Origin: a virus
Taxonomy: Duplodnaviria > Heunggongvirae > Uroviricota > Caudoviricetes
DNA: 5,783 nucleotides
Reading direction: 5' to 3' (one strand)
IMG/VR virus record: IMGVR_UViG_2778261643_000011
Part shown: positions 5,773 through 5,783 of the stretch, in pieces
Position numbering within the stretch: position 1 is the stretch's first letter
Layout: each line of letters opens with the position of its first letter
Notes under the pieces: generated by a model
Told to the model about the DNA's origin: nothing
Database searches by the model: none
Seen by the model: only the letters and a program-made list of their open reading frames with translations
Program-made: the position numbers and the translations under genes

Positions 5773-5783
5773 GTCTTAATACT

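Noticed and set aside
5280-5783. CRISPR array or retron msr/msd in the structured noncoding region
   Set aside because: There are no direct repeats of CRISPR length and spacing, and no flanking a1/a2-type long inverted repeats or reverse transcriptase ORF within the window.

Overview
This window looks like a P1-family temperate phage or phage-plasmid segment from an enterobacterial host; that assignment is from recalled family features and the P1 C1 operator consensus, not from any database search. Two operons diverge from an AT-rich control region at 1911-2079. The minus-strand operon encodes a PAAR-like Gly/Cys-rich small protein, a 262-aa two-domain protein of unknown function, an overlapping Rz/Rz1-like spanin pair and a small 45-aa ORF. 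The plus-strand operon encodes a small unknown protein, an RdgC-family homolog and a 672-aa fused methyltransferase (N-terminal C5-cytosine, C-terminal Dam-type N6-adenine), all translationally coupled. An exact match to the P1 C1 operator consensus overlaps the methyltransferase stop codon and a predicted promoter. It is followed by about 500 bp with no convincing ORF: a strong terminator, several GC-rich hairpins and a 20-bp perfect palindrome at the window edge. Two Chi octamers lie in the same orientation. The most interesting candidates are the operator-gated structured transcript downstream of the methyltransferase and the PAAR-like/262-aa pair sitting where holin and endolysin would be expected.
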